Assembly (NCBI RefSeq): GCF_964204645.1
Contig: NC_134032.1
Coordinates: 1,670,416-1,734,415 of the forward strand
Length of the DNA stretch: 64,000 nt
Source of the DNA: Tubulanus polymorphus
Taxonomy: Eukaryota; Animalia; Nemertea
Reading direction: 5' to 3'
The translations under genes were made by a program, and so were the position numbers. Under the pieces are notes generated by a model that was not told the DNA's origin, searched no databases, and saw only the letters and a program-made list of their open reading frames with translations. Shown piece by piece: positions 53,291-64,000 of the stretch (its first letter is position 1; each line of letters opens with the position of its first letter).

Positions 53291-53370
53291 TCACTAGCGC
53301 TGCTAGAGATGGCGCCACGAGCTGGTCATAGATCCTGCGGGCTACGAGTTCACAGCGAAGTGGCGTCACG
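53291..53370. repeat. Right part of the split 75-bp minisatellite
   Basis: Near-identical to the units at 38740-38890. Confidence 0.9.
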
Positions 53371-53846
53371 TCTCTTGCGCTGAGAATAACGGTCTTCACA
53401 GATGACAGAGAAGTTTTCAAACTGATTTTGATGAGTCAAATAACTTTCTAATAATAAATAATATTTCGCTTGTATAAAACTGACAGTCAATTCTAACCTG
53501 TTCAGACGTTTTACTATACTGAACATATCACACCATTTACAATGGTACAACGAACATTTTCATTCAATTTAGCTTCAATTTCATATTCTACACAAATAAT
53601 AAACTTTCACAAATTTTAGAAAATTGAGTTAGATCTCTGAGGAATGTGATGCGAACGATAAATCTTACAAATGAATTGCCGCTATAATAAAGACTTGAAT
53701 GATATCTTTTATATGAACGCTGAATGAATTTTCGAATACGCGAGAGAACACACTGTCAGTTCCAGAACGTTCATACTCTGAGACAGTCATAGTAAACTCT
53801 CAGACAGTCAGTACACTCTCAGACAGTCAGTACACTCTTACGAATC

Positions 53847-54797
53847 ATGAATTCAACTCAGATGCAAATTGGCAGAGTTTATAACAGTTATATCGTTCTC
53901 ATGTCCGTGGTTAACAAGTCTGGAATCTACCGCACTGTGACATTGGCCTTTCTACCCGTCGTGTTCATGTTAGGAGCCTTCGGAAATTCGGCTACTTTTC
54001 TGATAATGATAAATCGCAGATTCCGCAGTTTATCCTACGCTAACTATCTGATCATTCTTTCTGCTAGTGATTTTGTCTACTGCATCAGTTTAACGCTGAT
54101 GCCCGTTTTGCAGTTTGTTCTCTCGCGCGATAAAGACGGTCCGATATTCTTCATGAATTCGCTGATAGTTTGCAAAATCTACGAGTTTGTAATGACTCTT
54201 GCCGGTGGCAATAGCGCGTGGTTAATAGTAGCGATATCTCTAGAACGCGTGGCGGTTGTTCTCTTCCCGATCAAATCTCGTTTGATATGTACACCGAGAG
54301 TGGCTAGATTTGTTATATTGATAATTACCGTAGTAAATTCGTTGTTTCTATATCTCACACCTACTTTGTCGATACAGTTTACTGACCAGTCTTTTGGATG
54401 TTTCTACAAGTTGATTGATCAGATTACAGCTTTTGCCATAATTGTCATCCACCTTGTGGTTTTACCATTAACTCTGATCATTGCATCAAATTCTGTCATA
54501 ATAATTCAGTTATTCAGAGGTTCAAAATTGGTGTCGTCCGATCAGAAAACCGCGAAATCAAAACGTACGACAATAATGCTCGTAACGGTTTCACTCGCAT
54601 TTGCAATATTTACACTTCCAACCACTATAACAGTATTTTTACCAATCTCTCAGGAGAAGAAAGATTTTGTTTATGATATTTTCACTCAATTCTATGTTTG
54701 TAACTTTGTGATAAATTTTTACATATATCTTTTACTGGGACGGGAAATTCGTGAATATTTCTGTATGAAAATCCGCTGTAGAAATGCAGTGAAATAA
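53847..54797 (+). CDS. Intronless class A GPCR, paralogue of 36238-37188
   Basis: 316 aa, colinear with the first copy (MNSTQ..., SLERV, NFYIYLLLGRE). Confidence 0.9.
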   Translation: MNSTQMQIGRVYNSYIVLMSVVNKSGIYRTVTLAFLPVVFMLGAFGNSATFLIMINRRFRSLSYANYLIILSASDFVYCISLTLMPVLQFVLSRDKDGPIFFMNSLIVCKIYEFVMTLAGGNSAWLIVAISLERVAVVLFPIKSRLICTPRVARFVILIITVVNSLFLYLTPTLSIQFTDQSFGCFYKLIDQITAFAIIVIHLVVLPLTLIIASNSVIIIQLFRGSKLVSSDQKTAKSKRTTIMLVTVSLAFAIFTLPTTITVFLPISQEKKDFVYDIFTQFYVCNFVINFYIYLLLGREIREYFCMKIRCRNAVK

Positions 54798-54923
54798 TCA
54801 TTGATGACTTTATCCGACATGAACTCAAGAAATTATAGAATAGAAAATTGCAGTCAAGGGCATTTAAAATTGATACCGTGTTTTCGCTGTACACTGGTTT
54901 CTCAAAAGCGACGCAGGAGCCTG

Positions 54924-55108
54924 AGGCCGGTTCCATAGTGAAGACCTAAGACCAAAAGTGGTCTTAAGTCTTAAGACTGGGCTTAAGTTGTTACATTAGC
55001 TATATAACTAAGTTGGTCTTAGACTGATCTTAAGTTGTTAGATTAGCTATAGAACTAAGTTGGTCTTAGAACGGTCTTAAATTTAAGCCCTGACTATGGA
55101 ACTGGCTT
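54924..55108. mobile_element. Harbinger-like MITE
   Basis: GGCCGGTTCCATAGT...ACTATGGAACTGGC, with internal GTCTTAAG repeats. Confidence 0.55.
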
Positions 55109-56107
55109 CAGGTGTTTTTTTATTTAGTTAAAATAAACCTTGAAATAGAATATTTCGAGAAAGATATGGAGGAAGAGCATGAAGTCAAATTTCTATCTTT
55201 ATTGAGGTAGAAAGTGCAGTGAGGATGACAAGAGGGATCGAAATCCCCGTGTGCAGTCGGTCTAATTAACTAGGCTTCAGAGAAAGTCCTCGACAAGAAC
55301 ATTAAAACTGAAATACAGTGTTTATGAAATGTATATTAATACGATAACATCAGTAGCTGGGAGTGAGAATATGATAATTATAAAACATATCACTGATTAA
55401 TGTAGAAATATCGTTATAACATTCAACACTTTTCATATGACATTAAGAATTTCGAGTTATGTTGGAAGTAAGAATTAAATGAAGGTCGATCAAATAGGTC
55501 AAGTATCGGGGACTATCTTCCACGATTATAGAACATGTCAAAATATTCACATGGCGCTAACCATCACAGACTCGAACCTGGGACCTAGCTCTCCAGCCAC
55601 TAAGCCATAGACTAGTGAAACTCGGTGTTGCAAGGGGTTGTCTAGTCAGTGGTGCCCAGTGCGTTGTCTGGTGACGAGTCAAGTGTAGTGTCTCACAACC
55701 AACATCCTTTAATCTCAAGTTTCATATCGTGTTTACTAGCGGAAAATTCTCTACCGAGATCTCGCTGAATCAGTAGCACGTCAAACATTCTAAAACTCGT
55801 AGTGAATTCGGCGCCCAGAATGTTAACAAAATCTTTACAATCATAGACCTGATACATAGACTATGCATGTCCTATGAATATGTATATGCTTCCACTATCC
55901 GTAGGCATACAGTTCTGGAAATTACAGCCTTTGATGCTGTAAACCGTGTGGCCACCGCGGGTCGACACAATAACGACAACGCAGAAGATGATTATTGTAC
56001 TTCAGAACTCAAGCGAATATCGGGATTGAGGAAGGCAGTGTCTGATCAGAGCGAATCGAGTAAACGGTCTCTCTTGCGGTTTTCCGTATCGAATTTTCGA
56101 TAGCGCA

Positions 56108-57130
56108 ATGTCGGTGAATGAAACGTCAGACCCGGGGCAGGTTTGCTGTGTTCCCTGTAACGCTTCGATCGTATTAAACTACAGGGCGATAATGACTTAT
56201 GCGCGGGGCTCGTTTTATTCGATCGGTATCATCTCGAACTGTCTCGCGTTTGTTGTACTCCATCTGATGACACTCGGAGGTAGCAGTATTCTATATTTGA
56301 AGATGCTGGCTGTAGCTGATTGCGTGAACTGTCTGACCGGGCTGTTCGGGCGCGAGATGTTGTTTGTTTCGACCTCGTTAGAATATCTTCACTATAACCA
56401 CATTTATCAACAATATAAACGCCATGTTTATCTTTACGTGGACGCCATCTTCCAGATGACGACGACCACAAGTTCGTGGCTACTGTTCGCATTAAGCTTA
56501 GACCGCTATGTAGCTATCAGATTCCCGCTGTCTGCTAGGAATATATGCACGATTCGTAACGCAGTTCGTGTTTCGGTTGCTATTTGGATTCTAACATTTA
56601 TTTTCGATTTTCCGACGATTTGGGATCTAGAAACGTACTTTAGGATGCCCGGTCAGCCTTGTAAATATGTTGTACAAAGGAAACTCCTGCTTAAGAATAA
56701 ACAATACGCTTTGTATTACGATTTTGTATTTGGCAAAATTGTGCTGAAGTTTATTCCGGGTTTGATTGTTTTAGGTTGTAACGTACACATGATGATGTTG
56801 GTTCGGTTGGCGGCTCGTCTGAGACACAAACTTCAACAAATCGACGTCAAAGATGAAGCTTCGACGAATAGTAAACAAGGACGACAAATAACTCTGACGA
56901 TATTAGCTTTAAATATAGTATTTATGGTTGAATATGGAATGTCTTTAATAAACACATTTATACCGGCGATTTTACCCGATGGATACACATATCGTCCGTA
57001 TCATTCGGGGCAGTTGTTACACGCTATCAATGCTATGATAAATCTATTCGTTTATTTAGGAATTCGAAAAGGTTTTGGAGAAACTTTAGTTTGGTTTTTG
57101 AGTTGTCGTCGGTTTGGAAAGCGAGTGTAG
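56108..57130 (+). CDS. Intronless class A GPCR (FMRFamide/peptide-receptor-like)
   Basis: 340 aa, 7 TM; LAVAD, SLDRYVAIRFP, NLFVY. Confidence 0.9.
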   Translation: MSVNETSDPGQVCCVPCNASIVLNYRAIMTYARGSFYSIGIISNCLAFVVLHLMTLGGSSILYLKMLAVADCVNCLTGLFGREMLFVSTSLEYLHYNHIYQQYKRHVYLYVDAIFQMTTTTSSWLLFALSLDRYVAIRFPLSARNICTIRNAVRVSVAIWILTFIFDFPTIWDLETYFRMPGQPCKYVVQRKLLLKNKQYALYYDFVFGKIVLKFIPGLIVLGCNVHMMMLVRLAARLRHKLQQIDVKDEASTNSKQGRQITLTILALNIVFMVEYGMSLINTFIPAILPDGYTYRPYHSGQLLHAINAMINLFVYLGIRKGFGETLVWFLSCRRFGKRV

Positions 57131-58582
57131 TATAAGATGAGCAAGATGTAATGTGGGGGTTACAATGGTGGGAACAGGGACACCCCCTGGTGCGCATCTG
57201 TCACCACCGGGATCTTTGAATTTCGCTTGAGTGAGTGAAAATACCACAAAACGCCCAAGAAGAAAACAACTCTCAGCACACAGAGTTCCTGTCTTCGGTA
57301 GTACTTTATTCAGCGAACTGATCTCAACGATCTAGATGGTTACAGCTGTCTCCATCAACCGTCCAAAACAACTAGTATATATAGTTCGCTTCTTAATTAT
57401 CTTATCGATAAAGACATTACCTAAACGGTAAAAATTGTCGTTAGCCCAACCTGAGTTGGATGAAAAACCATTCAATCTAAAGTGACGTGACGATGAACGT
57501 GACATTTTCTCATTGATTTCTGTCTATATACGTGACATTTCTCATTAAATTCTGACGTAAAGTTTGAAGCAGTTGTTGATCCCAAAATCCGACATTTTCA
57601 CATTAATTCATGTCACAAAGTTTGAGCTATCTTTTGAAGCAGCAGTTCTCTATTTATGAATCGAACTGCTGTTGAAAATCAATAACATAAATCAATCCAT
57701 AACCCAAATCAATAGTACTGCTGTCAGACCTCTGTTTGCAGTGAGACAACTCTGATGAATCAGTTTCAGATTCGAACCCTTTTTTTATGCACTCATTTCT
57801 AGTACGTATTCCTCAGAATCAGTGTCGGACCGGGCTCGAACCTGGGACACCCCTATACTCCCCCACACTCTTAATCGGTATGAATTGAAACTGGAATTTC
57901 GCGATCTGACGATTCAAACTAATTACATTTTTGTCGTAGAAAAAAACACCGACAGAATATGTTTCAAAAAGTGTCCAAGTATTTCAGAAACCCGGACATA
58001 ACGTTTTCAGCGACAAACGCGTGATTTTTGTCCAAACGTTTAGGTTAAAGTCTGTGCTGTTCTCTATGCGGGCTTTTAATTGACGAGGTTGAACGATAAA
58101 CAGCAGGACCCAGTTCCACAGTTGTGAGTTAGAGTTAACTCAGAGTTAAAGTTAGTTCATTTTCAATGTTTTAACCCAGGGTCAAATCTTAACTCACAAC
58201 TGTGGAACTGGACCCAGATCGACACAGATCTTATATTTCACATTTCTAACTCTTAGACATTGTCGAATCTGCTAGAATATTTTACTTTGAAATATATATT
58301 TTCACCTCTACAATAGGTCCTTGTTGGGGAATTATTCTTAATCTACTTAGGCCTACATTCATTTTACAACAATAGAATGTCATAAATCTGTTTTATAATT
58401 TGTGTGAGAATTGATTTCTCATTTGATGCGGTCAATAGAACCGTACGGATGAATAATATCGCCGGAGACTTTAACGATTTCTAAAACGTGGAAAATAAAT
58501 TTCCGATAATGCGAGAGGACGCGGCCGGTCTCCATTCATTATAAGACGGTCAGTACACTAACACGCGATTCTAGTATAGATC

Positions 58583-58617
58583 ATGAATTTAACTCAGATG
58601 ATGATTGGTCGAACTTA
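58583..58617 (+). pseudogene. 5' stub of a third copy of the 36238/53847 GPCR, cut by a pogo insertion
   Basis: ATGAATTTAACTCAGATGATGATTGGTCGAACTTA (MNLTQMMIGRT) vs MNSTQVMIGRAY. Confidence 0.75.
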
Positions 58618-61600
58618 GGGTAACTCACTGTAATTTCGCAAGACCACATAAGTTCGGAAGTTTTCTTCTACAGCCTCTCCGCGGTCGCGGAGAGGGAATA
58701 CCTATTTGGACTAGCTTAAATTTGAAAAAGGGGGAGTAGGTTGGTATTTCCTGGGAATTCCACGGGAATGCGCGCCATTTTGATGACGTAGTACGCATTT
58801 CTTTCTGGCACACGAAATCAGCGCGGCAAATCGCTAAAGTCGGTCACGTAAGTACACTATTGATTCGACCCGCTTTTACGGCATTTCGTGGCAGCCGATA
58901 CGTAAACACTGCCGCGAAGTTCTAGGAAGCCGATAGTTTGTTTATAAACATTCATTTACTATCGGAATACGCTCATTGTTACATAAACGGCGATTTTCAA
59001 AAACTCAAACGCCTACACATAATTTCGGAAATCCCATACCCAGCTTTCACGGCTCCTCCACGTAATTTCGGAAGTTCCGAAATAATGTATAATTGTTATT
59101 GCGTATGTTTACACAGCTGTTTTTCCTAGAAATGAACGATTCTATTTCTAATTCAAAACAACAAACAACTTTTTTAGATTAAAATTGAATTTATTTAAGC
59201 TTAGGCCTATAATTAGTTGGACCTTGTGGCTAATGACTGTAGCAGCCTAATAAAATTAAAACAAATTGAAAAACTACCACAAATTGAAGGTCTTAGACCC
59301 TGCTGTTTTATCGGCCCGAGGACAGTGCCCTTTCCCTGTAAGCATTGATTAATTTAAAATTTGGTTTTATTTCCAGGATGCCAAAGGTTTATTGCAAATG
59401 GTCAGAAGACCAAATGACCAACGCGATTGAATCAGTGAAATCAGGCTCTTCGATATTGAGAGCAGCCAGTGAGTTTTCTGTACCAAAATCAACTCTGCAT
59501 GATAGAGTTAGTGGAAAAATCTGTCATGCAACAGCAAAATTAGGCAGGCCGACCCATCTCAGCATGGTGGATGAGACACAACTTGCAGACTTTGCAAAGA
59601 ACCGAGCTGATTTGGGGTATGGGTTTTCGAAAAGTAATTTTATGAGGTATGCTGGTGATTTGGCACTCAAACGCGGCAAACCATTCCAGGAGGTATGTCT
59701 ATTGACTTGTGATCTGTTAATTCTCAGCTTGGTATGTAGGCCTATAAGTTAAAAAAATCTATATATATATATACCGGTATTTATATCTGTAGGTTGTTCC
59801 TAGTGACCAGTTTTGGGCTGGCTTTAAAGCCAGACACCCAAGTGTATCGTTGCGAAAGCCAGAGGGCACTGCTGCTGTTAGGCACCAGTGCATGAACGTG
59901 AAAAAAGTAGGCAGCTATTTCAAGGCCATCCAGAGTGCATTGGCTGGTATTCAGCCAATGTACATCTGGAACCTTGACGAAACCGGGGTTCAGTTGACCC
60001 ACGTACCAGGGAAAATCGTAGCAAGGTAGGGCAAATTGATGATTTTTGATGTAACGAACTGGCCAATTACACTGATCTTATTACAACTATATTCTTATTG
60101 TTAATATATCATCTAGAAACAGTTAAATTTTACAATTCTCTGCTGATACCTTAATGAATAGGCCTACTTGGTTTTTTCAGAAAAGGAAGCAAGTACGTTC
60201 AGTCACGGATTAGCGGAAACCGGGAGACGATTACTGTTATGGCGTGTGGTAATGCCTCAGGGCAAATGCTGGCACCACACGTCATATTCAAAGGAAAACT
60301 GTCGCTTCGCTGCAATCGGTGGATTCGATAAATGCTCCGGCTGGAACAACTCTGTCAGTTTCAGAAACAGGGTGGACTAAACAGGTATTTATTAAAACAA
60401 CAAAAATATTAAACAATTATTTGAAATCCACCATATTCTAACCATTAAATGTATTTTATCTTTGAATTTTATAGGGTATTGCCACACTTTGGTTTCGAGA
60501 AAGCTTCCTTCCGGCAATCGGACAAACATGTCCACAAATATTAATTTCAGATGGCCATAATAGTCACAACTTTCTAGAACTAGTCGAATTAGCCAGACAG
60601 AACGAAATCACTCTAGTTGAGTTGCCAGAGCATACATCACACTGGCTGCAACCCCTAGATAGGTAACACCACAATCCTTTTCTTAACTCTTTGTAGTATA
60701 TTGTAGCAATAATATTAATGGTTTATTTTTACATAAACAGAACGTGTTTCAAGACTTTAAAATCTAGCTGGAACCGCTTATGTCAAGAATTCTCCAATGA
60801 TTACCCGGGGAGAGTGATAAACAAAAGCTGCTTCTTCGAAATATTTCGCAAGGCTTGGCAGAGCATTTCACCAGATATGCTTATCAATGGTTTCAGGTCT
60901 TGCGGAATATTTCCTTTCAACCCATATGCCATACCAAACGAGGCGTACTTACCGTCTACAACAACTGTTCGCGATATAGTGAGTTATACATTCATATATG
61001 TATTGTATCGGCTAAAATGTCCTCATATATAAGTGACTAGCATTTATTTATATTCAGATATCAGATCCTGCTTCATTATTGCCAATACAATCATTTGAAT
61101 TGAATCAAAATCCACCAAGCGAGGTAACATATTACAATTATGCAATAGAATTTGAAAAATTTACGTTTTTCTTGATGAATTTTGTTCCATAGTTACACTA
61201 ATAACAGTTGACGATAGCGTTATGATTGCTTTAACAAACTTTTAGAATTACTTCTGTGTTTCAGCATTTTTCTGTCCTTGGAGAGCTGCTACATGCAAGA
61301 TATCCTTTTAAAAACCTGAATAAACCTGAATAAATTTGCAAGAAACTGAAATGAATTCAATTCAAAATATTTTATTCTAACTTTTGAAAATTAGTGAAAG
61401 ATACTTATACTGTTTGATATTTTTTTCAGGCTCTACCGGTGAACAATTCTCGTTCTTATAGTACTGCGCTACAGACGTTGGAGTCGGTTATCTCACCTGA
61501 AATGAAAATACAATTTGAACGTCAATACAATGAGGGATATGATGTCGCGGGAGATTCCCTGTATGAGGCATGGAAATCCCTGAAATCAAACGAAATTAAC

Positions 61601-63839
61601 ATTCATTCCAACATTTTCAACAATTCATCATCGCCAGGTGAGACTCAAATGAAATGGGTCTGTTTGATTCAACTAATTGTTAGAACGTGAAATTACCTTT
61701 CTAATCTCATTTTCAAGCTGACTCGGACAAGGATGTTTTAAAATATCCGATTGTGGAAAGTCGTCGCTCGAAAAATCGCACAGAAGATTCGAAACGATAT
61801 TTCATCCTCACAGCAGATGATGCTTATGCGAAAGCTCTCGAGAAAAATCGGAAAAAAGAAGAGAAAGAAAACAAGAAATTAGAACGACAAGAGAGAAATA
61901 AGAAATGTGCAACAAGTGTAAGTTTCAGGGACAACCTCCGGTCGAGTTGTGAGTTCATTCATTTCCCGGTACATCGTGATGATTCTTGACCTGCTAGGTA
62001 CTTAGTCTATAAATATTTCAGGCGTCCTCAAGACCAGTGGAGTCTCCTGTCGAGGAAAAAAAAAACGAAAATCGTGTAGTTGAGGTAGGCCTATGAAAAT
62101 TAAACATTTAATGAAATAAGTTTTTTGGAATTTAAAATTGAGAAGGGCTACAATGTGTATCTGAATTTCAGGATCCTGTGAGTGTGCCTGAAACAAGTGG
62201 CGTGAACTTGATTCACGAGATCAATATAAGGTAAATTACTACATGCTTAGCTTAAAAACATGTAATAGGCCTACCTGGTTAATAGTGATGAATAATCTAT
62301 CATTACTGGGTAATTATCATTGTAGTGAAGGTTCATATGTAGCCCTATACCAAGAGGGCCAGAAAGGCAGAAAGCACCTTTACTTCGGAGTGGTATGTTT
62401 CATCGGCTAAATTTTAACTGAAAAAAAGGAGAAATAGAATTCATGTACGGATAGTTATATATTCAACTATTTGCAGATTCTGGAAATATCGAATGACGGA
62501 GAAACAATGTCGGTGCAATTTTTGGAACAATATTGCAATAAAAATCTGTTCGTTTGGCCGGACGTGGAGCTCATAGAAGATCATCCGGTTGAAAATATTG
62601 TAAACAGCTTGGAACCACCTGAAGTAGTGAACACAAGGATTCAGATGGTTTTCCGGGCTGCCGAATTTGTGAAAAGTTGCGATTTATTTGCTTGCATATG
62701 TACATAAATGTTTTACTGTACTGTTGATAATATATACACGTATTTGTTGTTAAGAAAAAATTATTTAAATCATTAAAGTTATTTCTGTTATTGGCTACGA
62801 TTATGTATTATCTCTTTATTCTACAGTCGTAAGATGTTTTATAATATTTATTAGCCTACCGGCACCAGTAGGCCTATTTAGTTGTGCAATAAAAATGTGC
62901 TGTTGTTAGTGTTTTGCCTTTAATAGACCTACATACATTCTCAGTTTTCCATTTTATTACCTTCTTATCTAACGGTCCTCCTTTCAGGTGTGATGAATTT
63001 TAGGATCAATTTCCCAAGCCAAACATTCTTCGTGTTTGCATGATTAAGCAGTCATCTCCCGTCACTTACAGTCTAGGCCACCGTTTGATTTCCAACGTGA
63101 CAACCATGTAGTTTGTATGACAGTTAAGATACAGTTTTGGTATCTAAAGCTTAGGTGTGAAAGATAACGGTACATCATCTATCTAATAATCCATCAAAAT
63201 CCACGTGGAAACACCGTAATCTGGCAATCTTCCAAATCATTTCCGGGTTTGACTTCTGGGCACATCTATTCGTCGCATTGGGGACGGTGGGTAGCGTAAA
63301 GCCGAGGGAATATCAAAAAATGAAAACCGGCTCGTGATTTTTCTGAAACGCGCATGGAAATTCGAATTTTTTATGTTATAAGCCATCTAATAGGCAATAT
63401 ATATCAAATATTAAACAAAATGCGATCTATGTTTTGTCTTAATTACCTAGACGAAAAACTCCCTCCAACGGCCATTTGTGCGGTTGTGATGCTACCATCC
63501 CTAACAAATTGGTATAACCCATATCCCCCATAAACAACATGGTATCGCCCGTTTTCAATAGCATACAAGCTGCGTTTAAATCGGCGTACAGAGCATTTCC
63601 GAACTTACGTGTTAGGTTTCCGAATTTACGTGACCGCGGCTTCCGAAATTACGTCGGCATAAAAAACTTTAAAAATCAGTGCGTTTATCTATTCAAACCC
63701 CCCAAAAAAATGATTTTGACAATAATTTGGGCAAAAAACAAAAATACATCTCGGAGCTTAATTGCCGATTACTGCTAATAATTGACGGAATCCACCGATC
63801 AAAATCGCATTTCTGTAAATGTATTCCGAACTTACGTGG
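58618..63839 (+). mobile_element. pogo-superfamily (DD35D, Fot-like) DNA transposon, right TIR truncated
   Basis: Starts after TA; CCACATAAGTTCGGAA (58644-58659) is inverted at 63824-63839; related subterminal motifs at 59016-59073 and 63597-63654. Confidence 0.8.
59378..62707 (+). pseudogene. Intron-rich pogo transposase (HTH_psq, CENP-B-type HTH, DDE_1, C-terminal Tudor/SH3-like domain), one frameshift. Exons 59378-59692, 59793-60025, 60181-60384, 60475-60662, 60741-60978, 61058-61123, 61430-61637, 61718-~61917, small exons ~62022-62392, 62477-62707
   Basis: WSEDQMTNAIESVK..AASEFSVPKSTLHDR; IWNLDETG; ITVMACGNASG..PHVIFKGK; SETGWT; LISDGHNSH; [13 protein letters not shown] (35 aa between D2 and D3); GFRSCGIFPFNP. 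One A is missing at ~60295-60298. Confidence 0.88.
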
Positions 63840-63841
63840 AT

Positions 63842-64000
63842 TAATAATCATATAAAATTCGAATTGTGGGATTTCTTTAATTAGCGTTAAGATATTCGGG
63901 TCTTTTCCAAGATTTCGATATGAAATTTTTTACAAAAGTAAACCACCGAGTACACCGAGTTGTTTTGGGGTATAAGCATCAAATCTATACAGGGTTTACT
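63842..64000 (+). repeat. Segmental duplicate of 38218-38376 (GPCR intergenic DNA)
   Basis: 159 bp colinear, with only a few substitutions. Confidence 0.9.

Noticed and set aside
57199-57537. Possible solo LTR (TGTCAC...GTGACA, minus-strand AATAAA)
   Set aside because: No matching TSD or second copy in the window

Overview
Eukaryotic (invertebrate animal-type) genomic DNA with GT-AG introns. Host genes, in order: the 3' nine coding exons of RFC1 (+, 1-7565); a 9-exon PXA-PX-PXC sorting nexin, SNX19-like (+, 9769-24326), with an intronless MFS/SLC18-like gene and a 2.75-kb 25-bp satellite in intron 4; a 3-exon secreted PAN/apple protein (-); and a cluster of intronless class A GPCRs (+). Mobile DNA is dense: a BEL/Pao relic, many MITEs, and Penelope-like palindromic inserts carrying minimal hammerhead ribozyme motifs, including a ~12-copy 69-bp hammerhead array in the last RFC1 intron. 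An intron-rich DD35D pogo transposon has interrupted a third copy of one GPCR. The most striking feature is a 14.3-kb insertion (38964-53290) with TGT...ACA ends, imperfect TIRs and a 4-bp TSD (Ginger-like signature). It splits a 75-bp minisatellite and carries a multi-exon USP (C19) deubiquitinase + PHD-finger gene; I could not find a transposase in it. All exon models were assembled by eye and no database search was possible.
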